A stretch of 64,000 nucleotides of DNA from Candidatus Micrarchaeota archaeon (GTDB taxonomy: Archaea > Micrarchaeota > Micrarchaeia > Micrarchaeales > CABMGC01), in the NCBI GenBank assembly GCA_021792095.1, contig JAJYVH010000001.1:445324-509323 (forward strand), written 5' to 3'. Positions 42,186-51,725 of the stretch are shown piece after piece. Both the position numbers and the translations under genes were made by a program. The notes under the pieces are model-generated. The model was given only the letters and a program-made list of their open reading frames with translations. It searched no databases and was not told the DNA's origin. How positions within the stretch are numbered: position 1 is the first letter of the stretch; every line of letters begins with the position of its first letter.

Positions 42186-42258
42186 CACCGCGCCCGGCAT
42201 GAGCCTGCGAAGGTTAAATAATTTGCAGCGATGAGCTAAAGAGGAGCTGTTCTGCCAG

Positions 42259-43812
42259 GTGCAAGCGATGAAAGGCCATAAGAAAGCTGGTGTTTTGGGA
42301 AGTGTGCCCCCAATCGCCCTGCTCGCCCTTATCCTTGTGCTTGCCATAACGTTCGTTGTGTTCAATTTCGACGGCCCTACATTCAAGGGCGACGACTTCT
42401 CGTACTCCACCCTGGCGTTCTGCGCCGTGAACCAGTGCGGCAACAACCTAGCCACATACTTCTTCGAGAACATAAGGTACGTGACATACCTGCCTATAGT
42501 CGCGTTTTACGAGCTCTTCGGCGCCGGGCCTATCTCCAGCTCCCTTTGGTTCGCGCTGGCGTATCTGCTTACCATAGCGGTAGTTTTCTACACATGCCTC
42601 GAGTATTTCGGCGACGTGCGCATCGCCGCGTCGTCAGCGCTCCTGCTCGCCTTCTTCCCGTTGGTGCTGAAGTATGCCACCACTGTCGACGATGACGTAT
42701 CTATGATGCTGATGCTTGCGCTGGCCGCTTTCGCCTTCGTAAAGGGCGAGAAGCGGTCTTCCGAAAACTGGTTCATGGCAGCAGGCATCTTCTCGGTGCT
42801 CGCGTTCGTGGCCTCGCCATCTGCGCTCGGTTTCATACTGCTTATGGTTGTTTACTGGCTCATCCTTGTCTTCAGGAAGAATCAGGGGTGGGGCGGCTTC
42901 GGCGCTTTCGCTAAAGGGCTGCTCGCAGGAATCGCCCTTATGGTCCTGCTCGACATACTCGTGCTCCATGCCCCGTTCGCGAGCTTCGTAGAAAGCTGGA
43001 ATTGGTTCGAGTCGCCGATTGCAGACATAAACACGAACCTGACTTTCTACTATCCTATAATGTTCGCCAATCCGCTGAGCGTCAACTCTGCGGGCCTCTA
43101 CTTCTTCCTGCTTGTGCCCTTCGCGATCTACCTGGTGGCTGTGCGCGAGAAGCGGTCGTACTTCTTCGTGTTCTGGGCCGCCGTTGGTTTCCTGCTCATG
43201 CAATACGGCAGCGACAAGATAAGCCTGCACCCGCTGGCATACCTGCCTGTGTTCGTTGAGGAGAGATATTTGCTTTTCCTGGCTGTGCCCATAGCGATCA
43301 TCCTGGGGCTCGCGTTCGTAAGGATATATGATACGCTGCGGAGCAGCAAATATGCAAGACTCGGGGTTGCGGTTCTCGCGGCGGTGGTGCTTGCCGACGG
43401 CGCCCTGATGGGCGTGCTCCTGCACCAGCAGACGCTGTATTCCCTGCACGACCAGGTGCAGATAGCGGGGCACCTGGAAAACGTGAGCAGCACAGCGCCG
43501 GTTTACTACCTTGGCGGCGGGTATGCAATCGCGCTCATCTACATGCACTACAGCGACCCTTCGCGCTTCCACAGCTATGCTGCGCTCAACTGCGCAGGCA
43601 TACCCGGCGGCTCCTACGTGCTGGTCCCGGACCAGTCCGGCTACTACGACATCGGCTACCTGGCCAATCCGCAGAGCTACTGCCCTTCGTGGGAACCGGT
43701 GCTCGAGCCCAACGCAACGGCCCACTTCCCCGGCTGGGCCACCAACTTCAGCTACAACGGCGACGCGAACGCAAGCAAATACCTCGGCGAGCGCCTGTAC
43801 TACGTGCCGTAG
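42259..43812 (+). CDS. GT-C-fold membrane glycosyltransferase candidate (ArnT/PMT-like)
   Basis: 517 aa. The first loop, FDGPTFKGDDFSY, is DD-containing as in the GT39/83 families. About 11 TM segments are followed by a C-terminal soluble domain. Confidence 0.45.
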   Translation: MQAMKGHKKAGVLGSVPPIALLALILVLAITFVVFNFDGPTFKGDDFSYSTLAFCAVNQCGNNLATYFFENIRYVTYLPIVAFYELFGAGPISSSLWFALAYLLTIAVVFYTCLEYFGDVRIAASSALLLAFFPLVLKYATTVDDDVSMMLMLALAAFAFVKGEKRSSENWFMAAGIFSVLAFVASPSALGFILLMVVYWLILVFRKNQGWGGFGAFAKGLLAGIALMVLLDILVLHAPFASFVESWNWFESPIADINTNLTFYYPIMFANPLSVNSAGLYFFLLVPFAIYLVAVREKRSYFFVFWAAVGFLLMQYGSDKISLHPLAYLPVFVEERYLLFLAVPIAIILGLAFVRIYDTLRSSKYARLGVAVLAAVVLADGALMGVLLHQQTLYSLHDQVQIAGHLENVSSTAPVYYLGGGYAIALIYMHYSDPSRFHSYAALNCAGIPGGSYVLVPDQSGYYDIGYLANPQSYCPSWEPVLEPNATAHFPGWATNFSYNGDANASKYLGERLYYVP

Positions 43813-43862
43813 CGGGCCACGCATACTTTTTTATGTTTGAAACTTGTGACATTAGCGGTTCC

Positions 43863-44285
43863 ATGACAGCCGAAACGGCAAACCATGTTATAATATGCGG
43901 CTTCGGCCTGGTAGGGGAGAAGATATTCGACATACTGCAGCAGCACAGCGTCGACGTAGTCGTCATAGAGGTAGACAAGGACAAGGTGGAGGCGCTGCAC
44001 GCGAGGGGCGTAAAGGCGATAGCCGGGGACGCTACCTCATCCAAGGTGCTCCGCGAGGCAGGGGTGGAGAAGGCTAAGGCGATGGCGGTGGCCATGGACG
44101 ATGACGCCAAGAACCTCTTCGCCATCATAACTGCGCGCAGCATAAACCCGAACATAGTGGTCGCCACTCGCGCTAACGACGAGCTCATGAAGGAGAAGCT
44201 GAAGGAGGCCGGGGCGAAGTTTGTCGCCACCCCGAACAGGTCGGCCAGCGAGGAGCTCTTCAAGCAGCTCGTTGAGACGGCATAG
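43863..44285 (+). CDS. soluble RCK/TrkA-N domain protein
   Basis: From ATG 43863 (TTTTTTAT box about 30 nt upstream) the protein is MTAETANHVIICGFGLVGEKIFDIL...VVVIEVDKDKV, a Rossmann GxGxxG. Confidence 0.8.
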   Translation: MTAETANHVIICGFGLVGEKIFDILQQHSVDVVVIEVDKDKVEALHARGVKAIAGDATSSKVLREAGVEKAKAMAVAMDDDAKNLFAIITARSINPNIVVATRANDELMKEKLKEAGAKFVATPNRSASEELFKQLVETA

Positions 44286-44296
44286 CGGGTGCAATC

Positions 44297-45070
44297 GTGG
44301 AGTCGAGCAGGGAGGACGCTTTCAACGTGATGCTGCTTACTATTGCCATAGTGGGCATAATAGTGATAGGCTCGATGCTCGTGCTGCAGAGCATCACGCA
44401 CAACTTCTACCTGAATTCCTACTTCTCCCTCGAAGTGTTCTTCGACGCCCAGAACACTGCGGCATCGACACAGCTTGCCGGTCTCGCGTTCGCGTCGCCG
44501 CCCGGCGTGCTCGTTTCCCTGCTCGTGGTAGTTTTCGTGGACAACCTGAGCAGGATACTGATAGTGAGCTTCATAATAGCTGCGGTCATGGACTTCATGA
44601 ACTACGCCAACCTCGAGGACACGCTGAACAGGGCTCGCGCGAGGTTCATGCGTGGCCACGTCATACTCTGCGGCTACGGCAGGATCTCGGCCATGCTGAT
44701 GCAGAAGCTCAGCGCCTCGCACATCAAGTCGTTTGTGGTGGAGCCCGACAAGGGCAGGGAGAAGCTCTTCAGCGATGAGAAGGTGGTGGGCGTACTCGGC
44801 GACTTCACCGACAGCGCCGTGCTGGAGAACGCCGGGGTGGCGCGCGCTTCGGCTGTGGCGTTCCTGTCGGACAACGATGCGCGCAACATAGTGGGCTCCA
44901 TAACTGCGAAGAGGCTCAACCCCAAGGTAAAGGTGCTCGTGAAGCTTTCGGACGAGGACGTGAGGAAGCAGGTGTACGGCATAGGCATAGACGTCACTGT
45001 GGTGCCGGAGCACCTTGCCGGCGTGGAGCTCGCGGACTACCTGCTCAGGAGCGGTGTTTCCAATGCTTAA
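44297..45070 (+). CDS. membrane protein with C-terminal RCK domain (channel-like, no canonical K+ filter)
   Basis: 257 aa with N-terminal TM helices, then GHVILCGYGRISAMLMQKL (RCK). No T-x-G-Y/F-G-D selectivity filter was found. Confidence 0.6.
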   Translation: MESSREDAFNVMLLTIAIVGIIVIGSMLVLQSITHNFYLNSYFSLEVFFDAQNTAASTQLAGLAFASPPGVLVSLLVVVFVDNLSRILIVSFIIAAVMDFMNYANLEDTLNRARARFMRGHVILCGYGRISAMLMQKLSASHIKSFVVEPDKGREKLFSDEKVVGVLGDFTDSAVLENAGVARASAVAFLSDNDARNIVGSITAKRLNPKVKVLVKLSDEDVRKQVYGIGIDVTVVPEHLAGVELADYLLRSGVSNA

Positions 45071-45788
45071 GCTAAGGGCCATGCACATATTCGCAGGCGT
45101 GGTGGTGCTATCGCTGCTTATAGTGTCCACGCTTCTGGTGGAGCTGGCGCACTACGGCCTTCTCGCTGCCTTCGTATTCACGCTGGGCAACGTAGTCGGT
45201 GCCACGTTCCCTCCAGTCGCAAGCATGATAGATGCCGACAACCCGCTTATACTGGCATCGCTGGCATTGGCCGGCATAGCGAACATAGCGTTCACCATAA
45301 TATTCGCCACCGTATTCTACCAGATACTTGTGAGCGTGGACATACGCTACGCGCTGATGCAGCGCAGGATAGGCGGCATGTCAAGGCACGTGATAATAAC
45401 TCCGGCGAGCGAGATGGGCCTCATGCTGGCGCGCAGGCTCGCCATGGCCAAGATAACCTCTGTATTCATAGACAAGGACAAGTATGCCGTTAGGCGCGCC
45501 GTCAGGCGCGGCTTCCTGGCGATGCAGGGCGACCCGGAGGAGCAGGAAGCGCTGGAGCATGCGCGCGTAGGCAGCGCGTTCGCTCTCTGCACGCTCTACG
45601 ACGACGACCTGAAGAACACGTTCGTGGCCATAGAGGCCAGGAGGAACGAGAGCAAGCCGCCAGTGCTGGCCAGGATAAGGAAACTCGACGACATACCCAA
45701 GATGGAGCGCGCCGGAGCGAAGCGCGTGATAATGCCCGAGGCCGCTGTAGGCATAGAGATGGGCGATTTCCTGGTATCTAGCCTGTAA
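45063..45788 (+). CDS. membrane protein with C-terminal RCK domain (channel-like, no canonical K+ filter)
   Basis: The start at ATG 45063 overlaps the upstream stop by 8 nt: MLKLRAMHIFAGVVVLSLLIV. Three hydrophobic segments are followed by RHVIITPASEMGLMLARRL (degenerate Rossmann) and an RCK-like body. The pore-like FTLGNVVGATFPP is non-canonical. Confidence 0.55.
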   Translation: MLKLRAMHIFAGVVVLSLLIVSTLLVELAHYGLLAAFVFTLGNVVGATFPPVASMIDADNPLILASLALAGIANIAFTIIFATVFYQILVSVDIRYALMQRRIGGMSRHVIITPASEMGLMLARRLAMAKITSVFIDKDKYAVRRAVRRGFLAMQGDPEEQEALEHARVGSAFALCTLYDDDLKNTFVAIEARRNESKPPVLARIRKLDDIPKMERAGAKRVIMPEAAVGIEMGDFLVSSL

Positions 45789-45848
45789 GAAACACGTTTC
45801 GCGCAGCCGTGCCTATAGCCGGGAACAGCAGCAGCCCGGAAGGGCAGG

Positions 45849-45856
45849 TTATAAAT
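45849..45856 (+). promoter_or_regulatory. TATA box TTATAAAT of the pilus-assembly operon (leaderless spacing)
   Basis: It lies 24 nt upstream of the ATG at 45880. Confidence 0.45.
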
Positions 45857-45879
45857 CTTTTGAGTATTGATATCCTAGC

Positions 45880-47082
45880 ATGGCCGATCAGCCGATCACC
45901 ACCAGTATCGACGATTTGGTCAAGTACGTGCACGAGCACGGCGAGACCGATTCCAGCGCGCTAGCGGTGGCGCTGAGCGTAGGGGAGGCCATAATAGAGA
46001 AATGGGCCGACGTGCTGGAGAAAGCGCAGATAGTGAAGGTGAGCTACAAGCTCGGCAAGATGTTTGTGGCCCCTATGCTCGTCAACCAGGAGGCAGTGGA
46101 ATCCGCCTCGAAGACGGCCGAGCTGAAGAGGGGCATAGTCGAGAGCGAGCTCGCGGCGCAGGTCGACCTGGTCAACCAGATAAACTCGAGGCTTGATGAG
46201 TTCAAGCGCTACGTGGGCGAAGCGGAGAGCGCCTTCAAGTCGAAGGCTGGCACAATAAAGAGCACGATAGACGAGATAGACAGGCTGGGCGCGGAGGCAG
46301 ACAACGCCTACAAGAAGGTATCATCGGAGAAGGAGTACATGGACAAGCTCGGCGCGAACATGGACGCGCAGCTGCGCTCCCTGCAGGAGAAGGCTGCGGC
46401 CGCTGCCGCAGTAGGCGCACCCCAGGATTCGTCGAAGCAGATGGCCGACGACCTTAAGCTCAAGCTGGCGGATTACGAGAACAGGCTGAAGGCACTGGAT
46501 GCGAGCTTCGGCGCAACGCTGAAGCAGAAGAAGCAGGAGTTCGCGGAGCTCTCCGACAGCATAAGGGGAGAGCAGAAGACCATGCACGACATGGTCGACC
46601 AGGAGGAGCGCGCTGTCAAGGAGTACGAGCGCGCCCTGGAGTCGTACAGGCACGATTCCGAGGGCATGAGGAAGCAGGCGGAGCGCGAGCGCAGCAGGAT
46701 AATGGACGACATGGCGAAGTCCGCGGAGGAGGCCAGGAAGGCCTACGACATATCGAGCAGGCAGTCGGCGGAAGTGAGGAAGCAGCTCGACGAGCTGAAG
46801 TCGCGCTTCGGAGGCTACGCTGAGCTGAGCGATAAGCTCAACGACATAAAGAGCAACATAGAGTCTATATCAAGGGAGAAGGAGGAGCTCCGGGCGGAGC
46901 TGACCCAGCTCTCGGAGCAGCTTCGCGCCATATCCGCGCTGGGCGGTTCACAGGCCGGAGACAAGAGCGCGAGGGTCGAGCAGGCGGAAGCGCACGCCGC
47001 GGCCACCTCGAAAAAGGCGCAGAAGCTAGCAGGTGACGTGAAGGACGTCAGGAAGAAGATAGATGGTGTTGCTGGTAAGTGA
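45880..47082 (+). CDS. long coiled-coil protein with N-terminal winged-helix-like domain (pilus locus accessory)
   Basis: 400 aa. The N-terminus is IDDLVKYVHEHGETDSSALAVALSVGEAIIEKWADVLEKAQIVKVSYKLGKMFV. The remainder is heptad-rich and charged. Confidence 0.6.
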   Translation: MADQPITTSIDDLVKYVHEHGETDSSALAVALSVGEAIIEKWADVLEKAQIVKVSYKLGKMFVAPMLVNQEAVESASKTAELKRGIVESELAAQVDLVNQINSRLDEFKRYVGEAESAFKSKAGTIKSTIDEIDRLGAEADNAYKKVSSEKEYMDKLGANMDAQLRSLQEKAAAAAAVGAPQDSSKQMADDLKLKLADYENRLKALDASFGATLKQKKQEFAELSDSIRGEQKTMHDMVDQEERAVKEYERALESYRHDSEGMRKQAERERSRIMDDMAKSAEEARKAYDISSRQSAEVRKQLDELKSRFGGYAELSDKLNDIKSNIESISREKEELRAELTQLSEQLRAISALGGSQAGDKSARVEQAEAHAAATSKKAQKLAGDVKDVRKKIDGVAGK

Positions 47083-47086
47083 GCGA

Positions 47087-48601
47087 ATGGCCGTGGGTGC
47101 TGCCGATCAGGGCAAGGAATACGCCTCTTATGAGCTAGACGCGCACGGGCTCAAGGTGAGCATAAACATACACGACGCCGGCGACTTCGTGCCGCTGTAC
47201 GACGTGACAGTGCCCGGCCTCGGGGACGCCACCAAACTGCTGCTGATTTCGCTCAGGCAGGAGCTGCTCTCCATGGTGCCCATAGACCCCACTAGGATAG
47301 AGGACAAGGAGTACACCGACGAGCTCACGCAGAAGTACGTGGACGCATCCAACCTGGTGATAGACCGCTATCTGCCTGGCTCCTCTCCGGACACAAAGAA
47401 GGTGCTCATAGCCTACATAATCAACTTCATGCTCGGCCTCGGGGAGCTCGAGGCCCCCCTCGCCGACGACAACCTCGAGGAAGTGGCAGTGAACACTTCG
47501 AAGGAGCCCATATGGATATACCACAAGACAGTAGGCTGGTGCAAGACCAACATAATGCTCCACGACGAGAACACTATCTACGACTTCTCGGAGCAGATAG
47601 GCAGGCGCATAGGCAGGCAGATAACGAACCTCAGCCCGCTCATGGACGCCGAGCTGCCTGACGGCTCCAGGGTCAACGCGACGCTCTATCCCATATCGCA
47701 GAAGGGCAACACTATAACGATAAGGAAGTTCGGGAAGAACCCGTGGGCCATGCCGGCCATGGTGGCGAACGGCACGCTGTCGAGCGAGATAGCTGCGCTC
47801 ACGTGGATGGCGGTGGAGAACGAGGTCAGCATTCTCATCTCCGGAGGCACGGCGAGCGGGAAGACGAGCTTCCTCAACGCGATGAGCATATTCCTGCCCC
47901 CGAACAGGAGGATCATATCTGTCGAGGAGACGAGGGAACTGACGCTGCCCGACTTCCTGCAATGGATACCGATGCTCACCAGGCAGCCCAACCCCGAGGG
48001 CAAGGGGGAGGTGTCGCTCTACGACCTCATGATCAACGCGCTCAGGCAGAGGCCTGACGTCATGCTCGTCGGCGAGGTGCGAACGGCCAAGGACGCCGAG
48101 ACGCTGTTCGAGGCGATACACACGGGCCACGCCGTCTACGGGACAGTGCACGCAGACAACGCGCGCGACACCATAGTGCGAATGACAAATCCGCCCATAG
48201 ACGTGCCTAAGATAATGCTCAACGCCTTCGGGGGCGTGATAGCCCTCTTCAGGCACAGGAGGCTCGGTATAAGGCGCGTGCTCGAGTTCGCGGAGGTGCT
48301 GAACAGCGGCGACGTCAACGTGGCGTACAGGTGGGACACCAGGAACGACGTCTTCGCCCAGATATCCGCCTTCGGCAGGCTGGGCGAGACGATAGCGCTC
48401 TACGGCGGCTACAGCAAGGAGGAGATGGAGGCCAACCTCCAGGAGAAGACCGACATAATGAACTGGCTGGTGAAGAACAACGTGCTCAGCGTAGAGGACT
48501 CTGGCTTCGTGGTCTCCAACTACCACAGGGAGCCGGAGAAGGTATTGAAGATAGTGCGAAGCAATCAGCCCTATTCCAGGGAGCTGATAGAGAAGGTGTA
48601 G
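47087..48601 (+). CDS. type IV pilus/archaellum-type assembly ATPase (FlaI/PilB/VirB11 superfamily)
   Basis: Walker A ILISGGTASGKTSFLNAM, Asp box RIISVEETRELTLP, Walker B PDVMLVGEVR and His box IHTGHAVYGTVHA are present. The ORF track starts at 47063; ATG 47087 follows the upstream stop. Confidence 0.85.
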   Translation: MAVGAADQGKEYASYELDAHGLKVSINIHDAGDFVPLYDVTVPGLGDATKLLLISLRQELLSMVPIDPTRIEDKEYTDELTQKYVDASNLVIDRYLPGSSPDTKKVLIAYIINFMLGLGELEAPLADDNLEEVAVNTSKEPIWIYHKTVGWCKTNIMLHDENTIYDFSEQIGRRIGRQITNLSPLMDAELPDGSRVNATLYPISQKGNTITIRKFGKNPWAMPAMVANGTLSSEIAALTWMAVENEVSILISGGTASGKTSFLNAMSIFLPPNRRIISVEETRELTLPDFLQWIPMLTRQPNPEGKGEVSLYDLMINALRQRPDVMLVGEVRTAKDAETLFEAIHTGHAVYGTVHADNARDTIVRMTNPPIDVPKIMLNAFGGVIALFRHRRLGIRRVLEFAEVLNSGDVNVAYRWDTRNDVFAQISAFGRLGETIALYGGYSKEEMEANLQEKTDIMNWLVKNNVLSVEDSGFVVSNYHREPEKVLKIVRSNQPYSRELIEKV

Positions 48602-48603
48602 GC

Positions 48604-49197
48604 ATGCCTGCCGACGGCGATTACGAGCGCGCCGCGGAGGTGGCGGATGCCATAGACAGGACGAGCCCGGGCGCCTCGGAGTCGGTGGACGTTGAGGCGG
48701 TGCTTGCCGAAGGGATGAGCACGAGGGAGCTGAGCTACCAGGAGGTGAGCAGGTCGCTGCAGAAGGAGGGCTTCTACACCGAGCCCGTGCAGGAGGCCAG
48801 GCAGCAGGTGCAGGTCGCGGTGCAGGCCGTAAGGAAGCCGGAGCTGGAAGCGGAGAAGAAGCGCGCCGCCTTCAGCCTCAGGAAGGCCACCGTCGGGCTG
48901 GGCGCGGAGTTCGGCAGGGTGATGGAGGAGAGGAAGGAGCAGGCGGAGGAGAAGAGGCTGATAATGCCCAGGCTCTCGCTGCAGGACCAGGTGTCGGACC
49001 TGGGCAAGATAGAGGAAGGGCTGCAGGAGCGCGTGTTCAGCAGCGACCAGATCGCGATAATAGCCGAGGAGCTGCGCTGGCTCAGCGGTGCCGAGGCGCG
49101 CGTGAGCTCGGAGGAGGCCAATCAGGACCAGAAGGTGCTGCTGGCGATAAGGAGCCAGAAGGTAAGGGAGATAAACGGCATGCTGGCAGGCATGTGA
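48604..49197 (+). CDS. acidic hypothetical protein of the pilus locus
   Basis: This internal ATG lies 3 nt after the ATPase stop: MPADGDYERAAEVADAIDRTSPG.... The ORF-track extension to 48331 overlaps the ATPase in another frame and is Arg/Gly-rich noise. Confidence 0.55.
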   Translation: MPADGDYERAAEVADAIDRTSPGASESVDVEAVLAEGMSTRELSYQEVSRSLQKEGFYTEPVQEARQQVQVAVQAVRKPELEAEKKRAAFSLRKATVGLGAEFGRVMEERKEQAEEKRLIMPRLSLQDQVSDLGKIEEGLQERVFSSDQIAIIAEELRWLSGAEARVSSEEANQDQKVLLAIRSQKVREINGMLAGM

Positions 49198-49213
49198 GCT
49201 TTGGGATGGTGAT

Positions 49214-50569
49214 ATGGCATTCAACTGGCCAAGCAAGAAACAGAAGACTGCGGCGTCAGACGCGACAAGCAAGGGCCAGATAACTGGCTTCACCAAGCCC
49301 AAAAGGTTCCTGTTCTTCAAGGTCAGGTCAAAGCCCATCTACGGCCCCGCTCCGGGCCAGCAGGTGCAGGGAGCGCAAGGTACAGCCCAGCCGAAGCCCG
49401 TGGTGCAACTGAAGCCAACCGTGCAGCCAAAGCCAGTGGCGCAGCCCGGTCCTTTTGTGCAGCAGAAGCAGCCGCAGGCGGCGCAGCCCGCCCAGGCTCC
49501 GCAGCCGGGGCCTGTCGCCCGAGCGGGGCAGGCCGTGCAGCGCAAGCCTTGGTTTGCGCCGCGACCCAAGCCCATGGCTCAGCCGAGGCCAATCGTGCAG
49601 CCGAGCCCAGCCGTGCAATCGAGCCCTGCTGTGCAACAGCAAAGGCGCGGAGTGATGCGTTTCTTCTCTCTGAAGCCCAAGGTCGCCAGGCCGGAGCAGG
49701 CGGGACCGCAGGTTCGCGGACCTGGCGCCAGGCCCACGCAGCTGCAGATATACCTGGTGAGCACTGCCGCAAGGCACAAGGATCTTGAGGCTGCGCTCAG
49801 GGCCCAGAACATAAAGGAGAGCCCGTACGAGTTCGTGAGGAAGATGTTCGTGTATGCGGTAGCCATCACCGTGGTTGTGACGATTGGGGTGGGGACCGTG
49901 ATGCTGGAGTTCGGCGTGCCCCCTGCGGCGTCGCTGCTGCTCGCGCTGGTGCTGGGCCTTGCCTGCTACATGGCGTTCTTCAACAAGTTCATACGCTACC
50001 CGCTGGACAGGAGCGTAGTGCTAGGCAACGAGATAGAGAAGGACATACTGTTCGCAGCCAGGGACATGGTGATAAGCATGCGCTCTGGCATGCCGCTGTT
50101 CAACGCCATAACCGCGGTGAGCACGGGCTACGGCGCTGCCAGCCTGGAGTTCGCGAAGGTGGTGGAGCTGGTGCAGCTCGGCACGCCCATAGAGCAGGCG
50201 ATAGACCAGGTGAGCGAGAGGAGCAAGTCGAAGACGTTCAAGAGGCTGGCGCTGCAGACTACAGTGAGCCTGAAGGCGGGCGCTGACATAGTGGGCTCGC
50301 TGCAGGGAGTGGTCGACGACGTGATGCAGGAGCGCATCATAGAGCTGAGGCGCTACGGCCAGAGGCTGAACGCCCTGGCCATGTTCTACATGCTCTTCGG
50401 TGTTATCTTCCCGAGCATGGGCATAGCTGTGCTGGCCATACTGACTACGTTCGTGAACATATTCACCGTTGACGAGAACACGCTTATATTCGCGCTAGTG
50501 GGAATATTCTTCCTGCAGGTCGTGTTCCTGAACGTGATGCGAAGCTCGAGGCCCACGTTTGCGATGTGA
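49214..50569 (+). CDS. TadB/FlaJ-like T2SS-F domain membrane protein with N-terminal Pro/Gln-rich repeat extension
   Basis: 451 aa. Roughly residues 40-190 are PKPVVQLKPTVQPKPVAQPGPFVQQKQPQAAQPAQAPQPGP...-type repeats. The rest is a T2SS-F-like domain (DILFAARDMVISMRSGMPLFNAITAV...GTPIEQAIDQV) with TM helices. Confidence 0.75.
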   Translation: MAFNWPSKKQKTAASDATSKGQITGFTKPKRFLFFKVRSKPIYGPAPGQQVQGAQGTAQPKPVVQLKPTVQPKPVAQPGPFVQQKQPQAAQPAQAPQPGPVARAGQAVQRKPWFAPRPKPMAQPRPIVQPSPAVQSSPAVQQQRRGVMRFFSLKPKVARPEQAGPQVRGPGARPTQLQIYLVSTAARHKDLEAALRAQNIKESPYEFVRKMFVYAVAITVVVTIGVGTVMLEFGVPPAASLLLALVLGLACYMAFFNKFIRYPLDRSVVLGNEIEKDILFAARDMVISMRSGMPLFNAITAVSTGYGAASLEFAKVVELVQLGTPIEQAIDQVSERSKSKTFKRLALQTTVSLKAGADIVGSLQGVVDDVMQERIIELRRYGQRLNALAMFYMLFGVIFPSMGIAVLAILTTFVNIFTVDENTLIFALVGIFFLQVVFLNVMRSSRPTFAM

Positions 50570-50573
50570 TGCT

Positions 50574-51566
50574 ATGAAGATAGAGTTTGAGAGGCTTGTC
50601 TCCAGGGGTTTGAGCGAGGCGCTCGCCAGGGAGCTCCAGCTGGCGGGCTGGAAGATGGACATAAGCAGGCTCCTCAGGCTTATGGTAATGGGCGGGCTTG
50701 TGCTGTTCGTGGTCATGTCGTTCGCCCTGACGCTGCTCACCAGCCTCGGCCCGCTTGTTTCAGCCGCAGCAGGAATAGTGGCGGCGATAGTGCTGGAGGT
50801 CTCGGTCTACGCCATGCTGGAGCTCAAGATAGAGCAGAGGAAGGGCTTCGTGGAGTCCATACTGCCCGACTACCTGCAGCTCACCGCGGCCAACGTGAGG
50901 AGCGGCATAGCCATAGACAAGTCGCTGATGCTCGCTGCCAGGCCGGAGTTCGGCTTCTTCAGCGAGGACGTCAAGGTGATAGGCAGGGAGCTCTACGGCG
51001 GCGTGACGCTGCAGCAGAGCATGCGCAACCTCGGCGCCAAGTACAGGAGCCTGCAGCTGCAGCACACGATACGCATGATGTTGGAGGGACTGCAGTACGG
51101 AGGCGGCATGACGGACCTGCTGAACCAGATAGCCAAGGACATAAGGAGCCAGCAGATGGTGCAGAAGGAGGTCAGCGGCCAGATGTTCATGTACACTATA
51201 TTCATAGCGTTCGCTGCGCTGATAGGCGCGCCCGTGCTCTACGCGCTGACATCGCAGATGATAACCGTTACTAACACGGTCTGGGCGGGCATACTGCAGC
51301 AGAATCCTGGCGGACTGCCGACAGCAGGCATATCGTTCCTCAGGCCCAGCCCGCCCAAGATAACCATAGCCGAGTACCACAACTTCGCGCTGGCGGCGGT
51401 GCTGCTTATAACCGCCTTCGCGGCCTTCATCGTGTCGGCCATATCGACAGGCTCTATATACAAGGGCATACGCTACCTGCCTATATTCGTGATCGTGGGG
51501 CTCGGCATATTCTTCCTAATCTCCACGCTGATAGGTGGAATCTTCTCCAGCATAAGCGGCGTGTGA
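50574..51566 (+). CDS. TadC/FlaJ-like T2SS-F domain membrane protein
   Basis: MKIEFERLV...ILPDYLQLTAANVRSGIAIDKSLMLAA...GVTLQQSMRNL plus TM helices. The TTG at 50559 in the ORF track overlaps the upstream gene. Confidence 0.75.
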   Translation: MKIEFERLVSRGLSEALARELQLAGWKMDISRLLRLMVMGGLVLFVVMSFALTLLTSLGPLVSAAAGIVAAIVLEVSVYAMLELKIEQRKGFVESILPDYLQLTAANVRSGIAIDKSLMLAARPEFGFFSEDVKVIGRELYGGVTLQQSMRNLGAKYRSLQLQHTIRMMLEGLQYGGGMTDLLNQIAKDIRSQQMVQKEVSGQMFMYTIFIAFAALIGAPVLYALTSQMITVTNTVWAGILQQNPGGLPTAGISFLRPSPPKITIAEYHNFALAAVLLITAFAAFIVSAISTGSIYKGIRYLPIFVIVGLGIFFLISTLIGGIFSSISGV

Positions 51567-51725
51567 ACACTCGACACGGTCGCTGCTGCTAGCATTGCGC
51601 GAGCTGAAGTGCAGCAACCTGCTGGTAATAACGTGGGACTATGAGGGTAAGGAGAGGCTTGGAAGCAGGAAAGTGGTTTTCGAGCCTTTGTGGAAATGGC
51701 TGCTGCAAGCATAGCCGTGGCGCCG

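Noticed and set aside
49323-49777. Several 78-149-aa minus-strand ORFs rich in Ala/Arg/Pro/Trp
   Set aside because: They are antisense or off-frame shadows of the Pro/Gln-rich repeat at the 5' end of the TadB-like gene.
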